This document shows, piece by piece, positions 1 through 11,660 of a stretch of 64,000 nt of DNA. The DNA comes from Chlorokybus atmophyticus (taxonomy: Eukaryota > Plantae > Mesostigma and Chlorokybus algae): positions 1-64,000 of the forward strand of contig RHPI01001116.1 in the NCBI GenBank assembly GCA_009103225.1, in the 5' to 3' direction. A model generated the notes under the pieces. That model had not been told where the DNA came from and made no database searches. It was given only the letters and a program-made list of their open reading frames with translations. Both the position numbers and the translations under genes were made by a program. The number at the start of each line of letters is the position of its first letter. Position 1 is the stretch's first letter.

Positions 1-60
1 AACAAGCACCACTCTGTTGTTGTTGCATGTCAGCAAAACCAACTCCCCTATCCCCAGGCA

Positions 61-1243
61 CAGGTAACGGGTCGTGGTGGCGTTTACTCCAGCTGCGCCA
101 GAGTGCGATGTCAAATGCAGACACGGATGAAGTTATTGTTGCTGTGGTGGTTGTCGTCATGGCGTGGTGTATGTTAGGGATGAGGGCGATGCCAGGAGGA
201 TAGCGGGCCTGCTCGACGCCTTGGGACAGCAAGTCAGAGGGGTGGAGGTTGTTGACAGGTGTGTGTCACACGGCCTGCACGCACTAGCACGCACGTGAAC
301 AGGCACACACGCGCGCACACATTCACGCACGCGCAGACAGACCCACACATGCGCACACACGCGCGCGCACATGCACGCGCACGCGCACGCTCATACACAC
401 ACTCTCCTGCACACAGCAGGAGGCTAGTAACTCATTTCTCCACACCAAACTCCTCACACAGGCTCTGCCAGCCGTCCATCCAATCCTTCATCGACGACAC
501 CTCTCCGCTTCGTTGGTGGGGAGGAGCGCGTCAACGATGCGAATCCCTTGTCAATCCCAACGACGTGGTCATCCATTGTGTGCTTCACGGACGTGCAGTG
601 GTACAAGCAACAGCGTGGTGTGCGTGTTGAGTTGCGAGACACGTGTTGCTCTTCTTATTCTTGTTGTTAGTCGTGGGGGGCGCAGGTGACAACAACAGCA
701 ACAAGTGTGAACATACAACTCAATAGCGGCTGGGTGGAGGCCATGGTGGCTGCGCACTCAAACAGCAAAACAAACACAACATTCTTCGATGTGGTCATCG
801 CTGGCATGACCATCTCAGCTGGAGACTCGATCATCAGCGGTTACCACGACTTCTACGGACACTCAACGCGAGGTACGTCGTTGCTCATGCGTTATGCGGT
901 ATGCACCCCGATCGTACCCAACACATCTCCAACATGCACGCAGGTCGGACCCGTTCGCCAACGCCCACATCCTCTACGGCCCCATCTGCACCCTCTCTCT
1001 GTCTCTCCCTCCCTCCCCACACACACACATCCCCTCTCTCCCCCTCTTCGCCGATTGTTACCGAGAGGGCGTGCTGGGAGGACATCGAGTGGTGCATGGC
1101 ACTGCGTACGTCTGCGCGCACATACAGTGCAACTACTACTGCGCGCGGGGGCGGGTACACCACACTGTTTTGTATCCATGCAGTCAGTCGTTGAGCATGA
1201 GTTTGAGGAGGCTGTGCTGGGGCTGTTTGTGAGTATATGGTAA
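61..1243 (+). pseudogene. Degenerate multi-exon gene 'X1' of unknown function, paralog of X2 (10089-11660); weak FIST-C-like resemblance
   Basis: Exon-like blocks between CA-rich introns: LLDALGQQVRGVEVVDR, SFIDDTSPLRWW, ISAGDSIISGYHDFYG, DPFANAHILYGP, VEHEFEEAVLGLF. They recur as diverged paralogs at 10300-11650. Frames do not join cleanly, and the family guess comes only from recalled motif order. Confidence 0.4.
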
Positions 1244-1344
1244 AGTTAATCATAACGAAACACTCTTTGCCAATCTCAACTACTCTGCGTACACACACAC
1301 ACACACACACACACAGACACACACGCACGCACGCACGCACATCT

Positions 1345-1560
1345 CTCACCTCCCTCCAAAAGTCCATGACTTTCGTCACCGCCGCCCTCACTCTCCCCTC
1401 CTCCACAATGCTCCTCACCGCCTCGATGAACAACCTTTGCAATCTCCACGCCATGGATTGATGGTTTGCGGCGGCGGCGGCGGCGGCGGCGGCGGGCAAA
1501 GTTTTGGGATGGACAGCTCGGCGGTCGAGCTGGTCTTCCGGAAAGAGGTATGCTTCTGTT
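1345..1560 (-). pseudogene. 3' exon remnant of an MDR/zinc-ADH-like paralog
   Basis: Minus-strand IVEEGRVRAAVTKVMDFWRE followed by a GTGAG donor is homologous to LVEEGRIKPAVTRVMDFWRE at about 12860-12930. Confidence 0.7.
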
Positions 1561-1718
1561 TTCACAGTCCACTGCGCCGCGTTGTGCTCGGCTGCTCTGC
1601 TTCAAACCACTGACTGCAGGCTTGTAGTTGGATACCCTCACTAGTATCACTTCGACTTGGTGCTGTGCTGCTGCAGCACCGCTGGTGGTGGTGGTGACTC
1701 GAGGCTTGCCGTGGATTC

Positions 1719-4700
1719 ATGGCTGCACAGCAAGCAACTCGGGAAGAAGGTTACGACGTGTTTCTCTGTCATCGGGGTCCGGACACAAAGAGGACATTCA
1801 GCGCATGGCTGAACCGCGAGCTTAAGAAGCAGAAGCTGCGGGTGTTCTTCGACGACAGGATACTCTGTATGGGAGATCTTTCTTCTGTGGAAATGGACTC
1901 AGCCATGCGAACGGCGAAATGCGGCATCGTGGTGTTGTCTCCGCAGTTCTTTGAGAGCTACTGGTGCATGAAGGAGCTGCGAGTGTTTCTGGATCGAGGA
2001 AACTGCATGCCAGCCTGTTACCATATCACTCCTGATGACATAGATGCAGAGGCGATCAAGAACAAGAAAGGTATACCGATTATTCACGGGGATAAACAAG
2101 TCGGTCCTCAAGTCTGTTTGTCATGCGTATGTGTGTCTATGCTTGCAGTAGGTACAGCCTGGGAGCATCACGGGGGGCAGCTGTGGACAAAATGCGGCAT
2201 GAATGAAGCGGACTGGACGCAAGTGATTTGTGAGCTCGCGGTTGTATGCATGGACGTTATGTCAAAACATGACAATTACGAGGACACCTATGTGGATTCG
2301 ATTGTGCAAAAAGTTTGCAAGAGGCTCAGACGAGTCTGCACAACAGGAAAGAGAGTCAACACGGTGCCATATCGTGACAAAAAGCTCTTCATTGGAAGGA
2401 GCCAAGAGATGACAGAGCTGAAGAACATGCTGAAAGATGAATGTGGCTGTGTCTGCATCCAAGGCATGGGGGGTTCCGGCAAGACGCACCTGGCGTTGAA
2501 GTACGCTTATAGCCATAAAAACCAATACGACAAACTGCTCTGGATTGCCGCCAGCAAAGACTTGTTGCAGGTTAACTTCCTTGGGTTGGCAGCTCCGCTG
2601 GGCATCAGCCTAGGCGCTGTCGACACCGGGTAAGAGCGTTTGCTAGCTTTGAGCAAGATTATGATGCTTATGTAAACTGTTAATGTGGTACGCTTGGTAA
2701 AGACCCTTTCATGACAGGTCTGGGACGATGCATTCGAGTGTGCGGGACCCGAACCGAGATGGTGTATTGACGATCCGGACAGCGCTTGAACAGTCTGAAA
2801 CCCCTTGTCTCCTGGTGTTAGACAACGTGGATGACGAGCATCAGTATCCGGGATACCTGCCGCGGGAAGGCCCTTGCCATGTCATACTGACTGCCCGTCA
2901 GCGTATGTATTCAACCAGCCAAGGCCTCCTGGAGCTGAAGAACCTTGAAGAGACGTATGCGTGTCAATTGCTCAAATCGGGTTTGCCGCCAGAGACTCCC
3001 GATGCAAAGGTCAAGGAGCTGGCTGTGGCTCTAGGGTGCCATGCTTTATCCCTATCAGTTTCTGCTAAGCTGATGCATGAGTATGGGAGCGGCCCGGAGT
3101 GGGTCTTGAACCTGCTTGACACTGAAGGTGTTGAGATCTTCAACCAGGAACTGGATGACCCCGAATTCCAAATTAGCCCGCGTCTAACAACTTTGTTTGC
3201 TACGAGTATGGAGATGATGTTGAGTGACGCCAGACATCCACCTCAGGCAGTTGCTTTGGCCAGAATCGTGTTGAGATTGGGTGGATGGTTTGCTGCAGCT
3301 CCAATACGGTTGGACCTATTGAAACAGGCTGCCTGTACATTGCTGGCGAAGGATGTTAGCATTGATAATATCCACGTTGCGGCTGGACTGCTCAACAAGT
3401 ATGCATTAGCGGAGCGGACTCTTGACGCAGGGATAGCTTTCCACCCTCTGGTGCAGAGTTTTGGCAGATGGGATGGCAAGAAAGAGGGAGTCCAGATCGC
3501 CCAGGCTGCGGTTCTGGCTATCGCTGAAGTCGGCGAGGTTGGACAAGACACGGAACACTTTGCGTATGCAGTGTCCATGGCTTTGCCGGAGGGTGGTGAC
3601 CCCAGCGGGATCAAGGTTCCGCTAGATGCGGACTATTTGCAGCGGGTCATTGACGTTGCACTGGCATTAGCGAGTTTTTATATTGACCTCTATGAGACAA
3701 CAAAGGCTTGGAATATCTTGCACAGATGTGAACGCATCTTGCAGCAAGTTGAATGTCAAGACATGACACTTTTGCCACATCTGTGGACTTTGCAAGGCGC
3801 TTGCTTGACACGCGAGGGCAGGTACGGCAAGGCTGAGGCCCTGCACAGACGGGCACTGGCGATTCGCGAAGCGCAGCTGGGATCGGACCACCCCAACACC
3901 GCGACGTCCCTCAACAACCTGGCATCTGTCCTCTACCAGCTGGGCAAGCACGACGACGCTGAGGCCCTGCACAGACGGGCACTGACAATTTGGGAAGCGA
4001 AGCTGGGATCAAACCACCCCGACACCGCGACGTCTCTCAGCAACCTGGCATCTGTCCTGTGCGATCTGGGCAAGCTCGACGACGCTGAGGCCCTGCACAG
4101 ACGGGCACTGGCAATTCACGAAGCGAAGCTGGGATCGGACCACCCCGACACCGTGACGTCCCTCAACAACCTGGCATTTGTCCTGTGCAAGCTGGGCAAG
4201 CTCGACGACGCTGAGGCCCTGCACAGACGGGCACTGGCGATTCGCGAAGCGCAGCTGGGATCGGACCACCCCGACACCGCGACGTCCCTCAACAACCTGG
4301 CATTTGTCCTGTGCGAGCTGGGCAAGCTCGACGACGCTGAGGCCCTGCACAGACGGGCACTGGCATTTTGCGAAGCGCAGCTGGGATCGGACCACCCCAA
4401 CACCGCGAGGTCCCTCAACAACCTGGCATCTGTCCTCGACCAGCTGGGCAAGCTCGACGACGCTGAGGCCCTGCACAGACGGGCACTGGCTATTTTGGAA
4501 GCGAAGCTGGGATCAGACCACCCCAACACCGCGACGTCCCTCGACAACCTGGCACAAGTCGTGTGCGAGCTGGGCAAGCACGACGACGCTGAGGCCCTGC
4601 ACAGACGGGCACTGGCGATTCGCGAAGCGCAGCTGGGATCGGACCACCCCGACACCGCGACGTCCCTCAACAACCTGGCATCTGTCCTCTGCGAGCTGGG

Positions 4701-7700
4701 CAAGCTTGACGACGCTGAGGCCCTGCACAGACGGGCACTGGCTATTCTGGAAGCGAAGCTGGGGTCGGACCACCCCAACACCGCGACGTCCCTCGACAAC
4801 CTGGCACAAGTCGTGTGCGAGCTGGGCAAGCTCGACGACGCTGAGGCCCTGCACAGACGGGCACTGGCGATTCGCGAAGCGCAGCTGGGATCGGACCACC
4901 CCGACACCGCGACGTCCCTCAACAGCCTGGCATCTGTCCTCTGCGAGCTGGGCAAGCTTGACGACGCTGAGGCCCTGCACAGACGGGCACTGGCTATTCT
5001 GGAAGCGAAGCTGGGGTCGGACCACCCCAACACCGCGACGTCCCTCGACAACCTGGCACAAGTCGTGTGCGAGCTGGGCAAGCTCGACGACGCTGAGGCC
5101 CTGCACAGACGGGCACTGGCGATTTGGGAAGCGAAGCTGGGATCGGACCACCCCGACACCGCGACGTCCCTCAACAGCCTGGCATCTGTCCTCTGCGAGC
5201 TGGGCAAGCTCGACGACGCTGAGGCCCTGCACAGACGGGCACTGGCTATTCTGGAAGCGAAGCTGGGGTCGGACCACCCCAAGACCGCGACGTCCCTCGA
5301 CAACCTGGCACAAGTCGTGTGCGAGCTGGGCAAGCTCGACGACGCTGAGGCCCTGCACAGACGGGCACTGGCGATTCGCGAAGCGCAGCTGGGATCGGAC
5401 CACCCCGACACCGCGACGTCCCTCAACAGCCTGGCATCTGTCCTCTGCGAGCTGGGCAAGCTTGACGACGCTGAGGCCCTGCACAGACGGGCACTGGCTA
5501 TTCTGGAAGCGAAGCTGGGGTCGGACCACCCCAAGACCGCGACGTCCCTCGACAACCTGGCACAAGTCGTGTGCGAGCTGGGCAAGCTCGACGACGCTGA
5601 GGCCCTGCACAGACGGGCACTGGCGATTCGCGAAGCGCAGCTGGGATCGGACCACCCCGACACCGCGACGTCCCTCAACAGCCTGGCATCTGTCCTCTGC
5701 GAGCTGGGCAAGCTTGACGACGCTGAGGCCCTGCACAGACGGGCACTGGCTATTCTGGAAGCGAAGCTGGGGTCGGACCACCCCAAGACCGCGACGTCCC
5801 TCGACAACCTGGCACAAGTCGTGTGCGAGCTGGGCAAGCTCGACGACGCTGAGGCCCTGCACAGACGGGCACTGGCGATTCGCGAAGCGCAGCTGGGATC
5901 GGACCACCCCGACACCGCGACGTCCCTCAACAGCCTGGCATCTGTCCTCTGCGAGCTGGGCAAGCTTGACGACGCTGAGGCCCTGCACAGACGGGCACTG
6001 GCTATTCGGGAAGCGAAGCTGGGATCGGACCACCCCAACACCGCGACGTCCCTCGACAACCTGGCACAAGTCGTGTGCGAGCTGGGCAAGCTCGACGACG
6101 CTGAGGCCCTGCACAGACGGGCACTGGCGATTCGCGAAGCGCAGCTGGGATCGGACCACCCCGACACCGCGACGTCCCTCAACAGCCTGGCATCTGTCCT
6201 CTGCGAGCTGGGCAAGCTTGACGACGCTGAGGCCCTGCACAGACGGGCACTGGCTATTCTGGAAGCGAAGCTGGGGTCGGACCACCCCAAGACCGCGACG
6301 TCCCTCGACAACCTGGCATAAGTCCTGTGCAAGCTGGGCAAGCTCGACGACGCTGAGGCCCTGCACAGACGGGCACTGGCGATTCGCGAAGCGCAGCTGG
6401 GATCGGACCACCCCGACACCGCGACGTCCCTCAACAGCCTGGCATCTGTCCTCTGCGAGCTGGGCAAGCTTGACGACGCTGAGGCCCTGCACAGACGGGC
6501 ACTGGCTATTCGGGAAGCGAAGCTGGGGTCGGACCACCCCAACACCGCGACGTCCCTCGACAACCTGGCACAAGTCGTGTGCGAGCTGGGCAAGCACGAC
6601 GACGCTGAGGCCCTGCACAGACGGGCACTGGCGATTCGCGAAGCGCAGCTGGGATCGGACCACCCCGACACCGCGACGTCCCTCAACAGCCTGGCATCTG
6701 TCCTCTGCGAGCTGGGCAAGCTTGACGACGCTGAGGCCCTGCACAGACGGGCACTGGCTATTCGGGAAGCGAAGCTGGGGTCGGACCACCCCAACACCGC
6801 GACGTCCCTCGACAACCTGGCACAAGTCGTGTGCGAGCTGGGCAAGCACGACGACGCTGAGGCCCTGCACAGACGGGCACTGGCGATTCGCGAAGCGCAG
6901 CTGGGATCGGACCACCCCGACACCGCGACGTCCCTCAACAGCCTGGCATCTGTCCTCTGCGAGCTGGGCAAGCTTGACGACGCTGAGGCCCTGCACAGAC
7001 GGGCACTGGCTATTCTGGAAGCGAAGCTGGGGTCGGACCACCCCAAGACCGCGACGTCCCTCGACAACCTGGCACAAGTCGTGTGCGAGCTGGGCAAGCT
7101 CGACGACGCTGAGGCCCTGCACAGACGGGCACTGGCGATTCGCGAAGCGCAGCTGGGATCGGACCACCCCGACACCGCGACGTCCCTCAACAGCCTGGCA
7201 TCTGTCCTCTGCGAGCTGGGCAAGCTTGACGACGCTGAGGCCCTGCACAGACGGGCACTGGCTATTCTGGAAGCGAAGCTGGGGTCGGACCACCCCAAGA
7301 CCGCGACGTCCCTCGACAACCTGGCACAAGTCGTGTGCGAGCTGGGCAAGCTCGACGACGCTGAGGCCCTGCACAGACGGGCACTGGCGATTCGCGAAGC
7401 GCAGCTGGGATCGGACCACCCCGACACCGCGACGTCCCTCAACAGCCTGGCATCTGTCCTCTGCGAGCTGGGCAAGCTTGACGACGCTGAGGCCCTGCAC
7501 AGACGGGCACTGGCTATTCTGGAAGCGAAGCTGGGGTCGGACCACCCCAAGACCGCGACGTCCCTCGACAACCTGGCACAAGTCGTGTGCGAGCTGGGCA
7601 AGCTCGACGACGCTGAGGCCCTGCACAGACGGGCACTGGCGATTCGCGAAGCGCAGCTGGGATCGGACCACCCCGACACCGCGACGTCCCTCAACAGCCT

Positions 7701-8901
7701 GGCATCTGTCCTCTGCGAGCTGGGCAAGCTTGACGACGCTGAGGCCCTGCACAGACGGGCACTGGCTATTCGGGAAGCGAAGCTGGGATCGGACCACCCC
7801 AACACCGCGACGTCCCTCGACAACCTGGCACAAGTCGTGTGCGAGCTGGGCAAGCACGACGACGCTGAGGCCCTGCACAGACGGGCACTGGCGATTCGCG
7901 AAGCGCAGCTGGGATCGGACCACCCCGACACCGCGACGTCCCTCAACAGCCTGGCATCTGTCCTCTGCGAGCTGGGCAAGCTTGACGACGCTGAGGCCCT
8001 GCACAGACGGGCACTGGCTATTCTGGAAGCGAAGCTGGGGTCGGACCACCCCAAGACCGCGACGTCCCTCGACAACCTGGCACAAGTCGTGTGCGAGCTG
8101 GGCAAGCTCGACGACGCTGAGGCCCTGCACAGACGGGCACTGGCGATTCGCGAAGCGCAGCTGGGATCGGACCACCCCGACACCGCGACGTCCCTCAACA
8201 GCCTGGCATCTGTCCTCTGCGAGCTGGGCAAGCTTGACGACGCTGAGGCCCTGCACAGACGGGCACTGGCTATTCTGGAAGCGAAGCTGGGGTCGGACCA
8301 CCCCAAGACCGCGACGTCCCTCGACAACCTGGCACAAGTCGTGTGCGAGCTGGGCAAGCACGACGACGCTGAGGCCCTGCACAGACGGGCACTGGCGATT
8401 CGGGAAGCGAAGCTGGGATTGGACCACCCCGACACCGCGACGTCCCTCAACAACCTGGCATCTGTCCTCTACGAGCTGGGCAAGCTGGACGACGCTAAGG
8501 CCCTGTACAGACGGGCACTGGCTATTCGGGAAGCGAAGCTGGGATCAGACCACTACAACACAGCGACGTCCCTCAACAACCTGGCATTTGTCCTGTGCAA
8601 GCTGGGCAAGCACGACGACGCTGAGGCCCTGCACAGACGGGCACTGGCGATTCGCGAAGCGCAGCTGGGATCGGACCACCCCGACACCGTGAAGTCCCTC
8701 AACAACCTGGCATCTGTCCTCTACGAGCTGGGCAAGCTGGACGACGCTGAGGCCCTGTACAGACGGGCACTGGCTATTCGGGAAGCGAAGCTGGGATCGG
8801 ACCACCCCAACACCGCGAGGTCCCGCCGCAACCTGGCACGCGTGCTCGGCGATCTGGGCAAGCACGACGACGCTGAGGCCCTGCGCAGACGGAACAGTTG
8901 A
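1719..8901 (+). CDS. TIR-NB-ARC-TPR NLR-like protein, copy A, with 40 TPR units. An in-frame TAA at 6319-6321 truncates it to about 1504 aa (2364 aa if read through).
   Basis: TIR: YDVFLCHRGPDTK...SPQFFESYWCMKEL. P-loop GMGGSGKT, Walker B LLVLDNVDD, sensor-1-like VILTARQ, MHD-like FHPLVQ. Intron 2630-2717 (GTAAGA...GACAG, phase 2) joins the two ORFs in frame. Possible stop-free 81-bp intron at 2071-2151. Confidence 0.93.
3832..8871 (+). repeat. Coding tandem array of 40 x 126-bp units encoding 42-aa kinesin-light-chain-type TPRs
   Basis: gctgaggccctg recurs at 3832, 3958 ... 8872, a span of exactly 40 x 126 with no net indel. Consensus AEALHRRALAIxEAxLGSDHPxTAxSLxxLAxVxxxLGKxDD. Confidence 0.97.
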
Positions 8902-8999
8902 ACACCCCCAACTAAGATACACCTAGGTTAGGAGTAAAGTTGAACACCCCCAACCCTGCGTAAACACTAAGATGTGGGCGCTGTGCATTACGACTCTGG

Positions 9000-9420
9000 G
9001 CTAGGATTGTTCAGTAGCCTGACCTGCTGCTGCCTTGTTCTCTTTCTCGCAGCACAACCCAAGGCTGGCTTCACTCTCTTAGGCCTGAGCTCAGGTCCGT
9101 CCAAGCATCGACAGTGGCATCAGGGGCCACGCATCCATCAAACAAAAGACTTACGTACGTGATGATGTGCCTTCAAAGGCTCTGCCACACAGGTGTGCTG
9201 AGTTGAAGGCATGTGCTGTGCGATGTGATGGAGTCGCACGGTGTTACATGGTGCTGAAACCGCTTTTGGTTTGCGCCCAATTCGCTTTTCAAGCAGTGCT
9301 TGCAAACGAGCCGTGCCGGCTGCCTGCGTCTATCGTAATTGAATATATGAAATATTGCAATAGACGCTGTTGATTGGGACGTAAGCATTGCTCGTGGAAG
9401 CGGTACATGCAGCATATGTT
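9000..9420. repeat. Block homologous to the region upstream of the MDR/ADH-like gene (about 15010-15390); also at about 26730-27080 and 32070-32450
   Basis: Shared cagcacaacccaaggctgg...ggcctgagctcaggtccgtc...ggggccacgcatccatcaaacaaa...cgtacgtgatgatgtgcc. Confidence 0.85.
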
Positions 9421-10088
9421 ACAACCACACACATAGGGCATTGGGTCTTTGGACGGAGAGTTACAGTGTAGTTCTGTTCGCAGATTGCCTCAGGTTGCTG
9501 TGATGTTGGGGGCCAGGTTGAGGCCTGCGGTTTTTGTAGTCAAACACTTGGCTGTTTGACTTGAAAGCAGGGAGCTCTTTTGGGACGTTGCCTTGAGATG
9601 TGTCGTGGCGTTGTGATAGTTGTGTAGTGAGTGACTCACCCTTTGCGCTTTTAGAAGATGATACATTACTTGTGTGTGTGTGTGTGTGTGTGACAAATGA
9701 GACATGAGTACAGTAGCAGTGACGGTTTTCCACGTCATGGGCCATTAACGCCACTGTCAGCTGTCACAAGCGTTGCCCTACCAGCAGCGGCAGTGTGAGA
9801 GGCGGGCCATGCCTGCGTATGAGGTACGCTTGCTCGTACGTTGTACACTGTACATATACGCTCCGAGTACTGTCTATATGAGCGTAGATTATATACACTC
9901 TACTGTGCATAGCGTGCAATACATGCGCTGTGTGTAGCACACTGTCGCGTGCAGGGGTGTTCACCAAAGATGGTAAACCGAGCAGCGGTAGCAAAGAGTT
10001 CTCGACCTTGCTGGTTGTCGTTGTTGCTTGCATGTGTGATATCCACTTGCAACAACAACAACAACAACAATTGTCCCCAACAATACTG

Positions 10089-11660
10089 ATGACGTCGTTG
10101 TCAGCGGCAACGGCATCAGCACGCGTGGCCGCTGCGGCGCGCGTGAGAGAGAGAGACGCGCAACACCATCAGCCTGCAAGGTAAGTCAGTGTGCGTGTGC
10201 GTGTGCGTGTGCGTGTGCGTGTGTCTCGCGTATCAGCGCGCACCACTCCGTTGAAAACATGAGCAAAATCACACTCCCCCTATTCCCATGCACAGGTATC
10301 AGGTGGTGGCTTGTCCTCCAGCTCCTTTCCCTCACACTGCGTCCTGCGTGCTCGGCTACACTCGCGGCCTGTACGAGGCCGTAAAACCCTGCGTCTCAGC
10401 GGCAGTCACACAGCCTCAGAACGCTGCTTTTCTTGATGCTCCGCCTCGAGTGCGATGTCGACGCAGACGCAAACACGGAGAAAGGGGTTGTGTTGGTGGT
10501 GGCGGTTGCCGTGCCGGGGGGCGATGCTAGGAGCGTAGGGTGCCTGCTAGACGCCTTGGGACCGCAAGCAAGAGGCGGGGTTATTTGTGGCAAGCATGTC
10601 ATCTGTGACAATCATGCACACACATTCACTGTGTGTGCGCGCATGTTTACACGCGCATCCGCATCCGCTTGCGCTCATACGCAAACACGCGCATGCACAC
10701 ACACACACGGTAACGTGCACACGCGCGCGCATGCGCATGCACACACGCACACACTCTCTCGCCCAGAGCAGACGCTAACAACCCATCATGCCATCGCTTC
10801 CATCCCACACGGACATCGCAGCCCTCCGTCATCTTTCTCATCGACGATGCCTCTCCATTTCGCTTGTGGTGTCGCCACGACGGCGTGACCCCTCATCATT
10901 CCTCACAACACCAATGTGGTCATACTCTTTCACCAGTGAAATCGCAACCCGGCCGCAGCGCGCAACAGCGGTCTGGTGCATGCGTGGGTTAAGTATGCTG
11001 CGGCCATCATGTGCTTCACGGGCGAGGACTGCCGGCCGCAGCGGTAATACAGCATTAGCATATTGTGCTGGAAATGCAAGACACATGCTGTTGCTGTTTG
11101 TGGGGTAAAAGGTCACAACAACAACAACAACATGTGTGAACATACAACGATAGCGGCTGGGTGGAGGCCATGGTGACGGTGCACTCGAACAGCAAACAAA
11201 CACACAAACAAACAACAAAATGGTCATGGCTGGCATGACCGTCTCAGCTGGAGACTTGATCATCTACGGTTACCACGACTTCTACGGGACACTCAACGCA
11301 AAGTACGTCGTCACGTATTGGTATGCACCCTAACCCCAACACGCACGCAACATGTACGCAGGTTAGACCCGTTCGCCAACGCCCACATCCTCTACGGCCC
11401 CAACCTGCACCCTCTCCCTCTCTCCCTCCCTCCCCACACACACAAACCCTCTCTCCCCCTCTTCTCGACGAGAGCGTTAGCCGCGAGGCCTCATGGGACG
11501 CATCACGTGGTGCGCGGCACTGCGTGCGTCTGCGCGCGCACGGGCGGGGTACACCATTGTGTTTTGTGGCGATGCGGTCGTCGAGCATGAGGTTGAGGAG
11601 TCTGTTACGGGGTTGTTTGCGCTGTTTGGTGAGTATGGACGGTGGCAGGAGAGGGCGTTT
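10089..11660 (+). pseudogene. Degenerate multi-exon gene 'X2' of unknown function, copy A
   Basis: A/S/R-rich first exon MTSLSAATASARVAAAA ending at a strong AAG|GTAAGT donor (10181). Later exons: VPGGDARSVGCLLDALGPQARG, GYHDFYG, DPFANAHILYGP, VVEHEVEESVTGLFALFGEYG. Confidence 0.4.

Noticed and set aside
6319-6321. Possible UAA/UAG-to-Gln genetic code, since TAA occupies a Gln position
   Set aside because: It is one case among dozens of CAA/CAG Gln codons. No other in-frame TAA/TAG appeared in conserved exons, and HSP20 (TAA) and the photolyase (TAG) end plausibly at these codons.
4116-8692. Very long alternative-frame and antisense ORFs (1445, 1504 and 1304 aa) over the TPR array
   Set aside because: A 126-bp unit without stops in those frames stays open when repeated. 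The ORFs begin and end with the array and show no independent motifs.
3832-8871. CRISPR-like array
   Set aside because: The units are contiguous, in-frame coding repeats with no unique spacers, in a eukaryotic gene with no cas genes.
8897-8954. 16-bp direct repeat GTTGAACACCCCCAAC at the NLR stop codon (42-bp spacing)
   Set aside because: No matching copy at the 5' side of the gene, so it is not a TSD. Probably a small local duplication.
9490-10179. Minus-strand short ORFs conserved in both copies
   Set aside because: Conservation is explained by the recent duplication. They overlap the plus-strand first exon of X2 and microsatellites.
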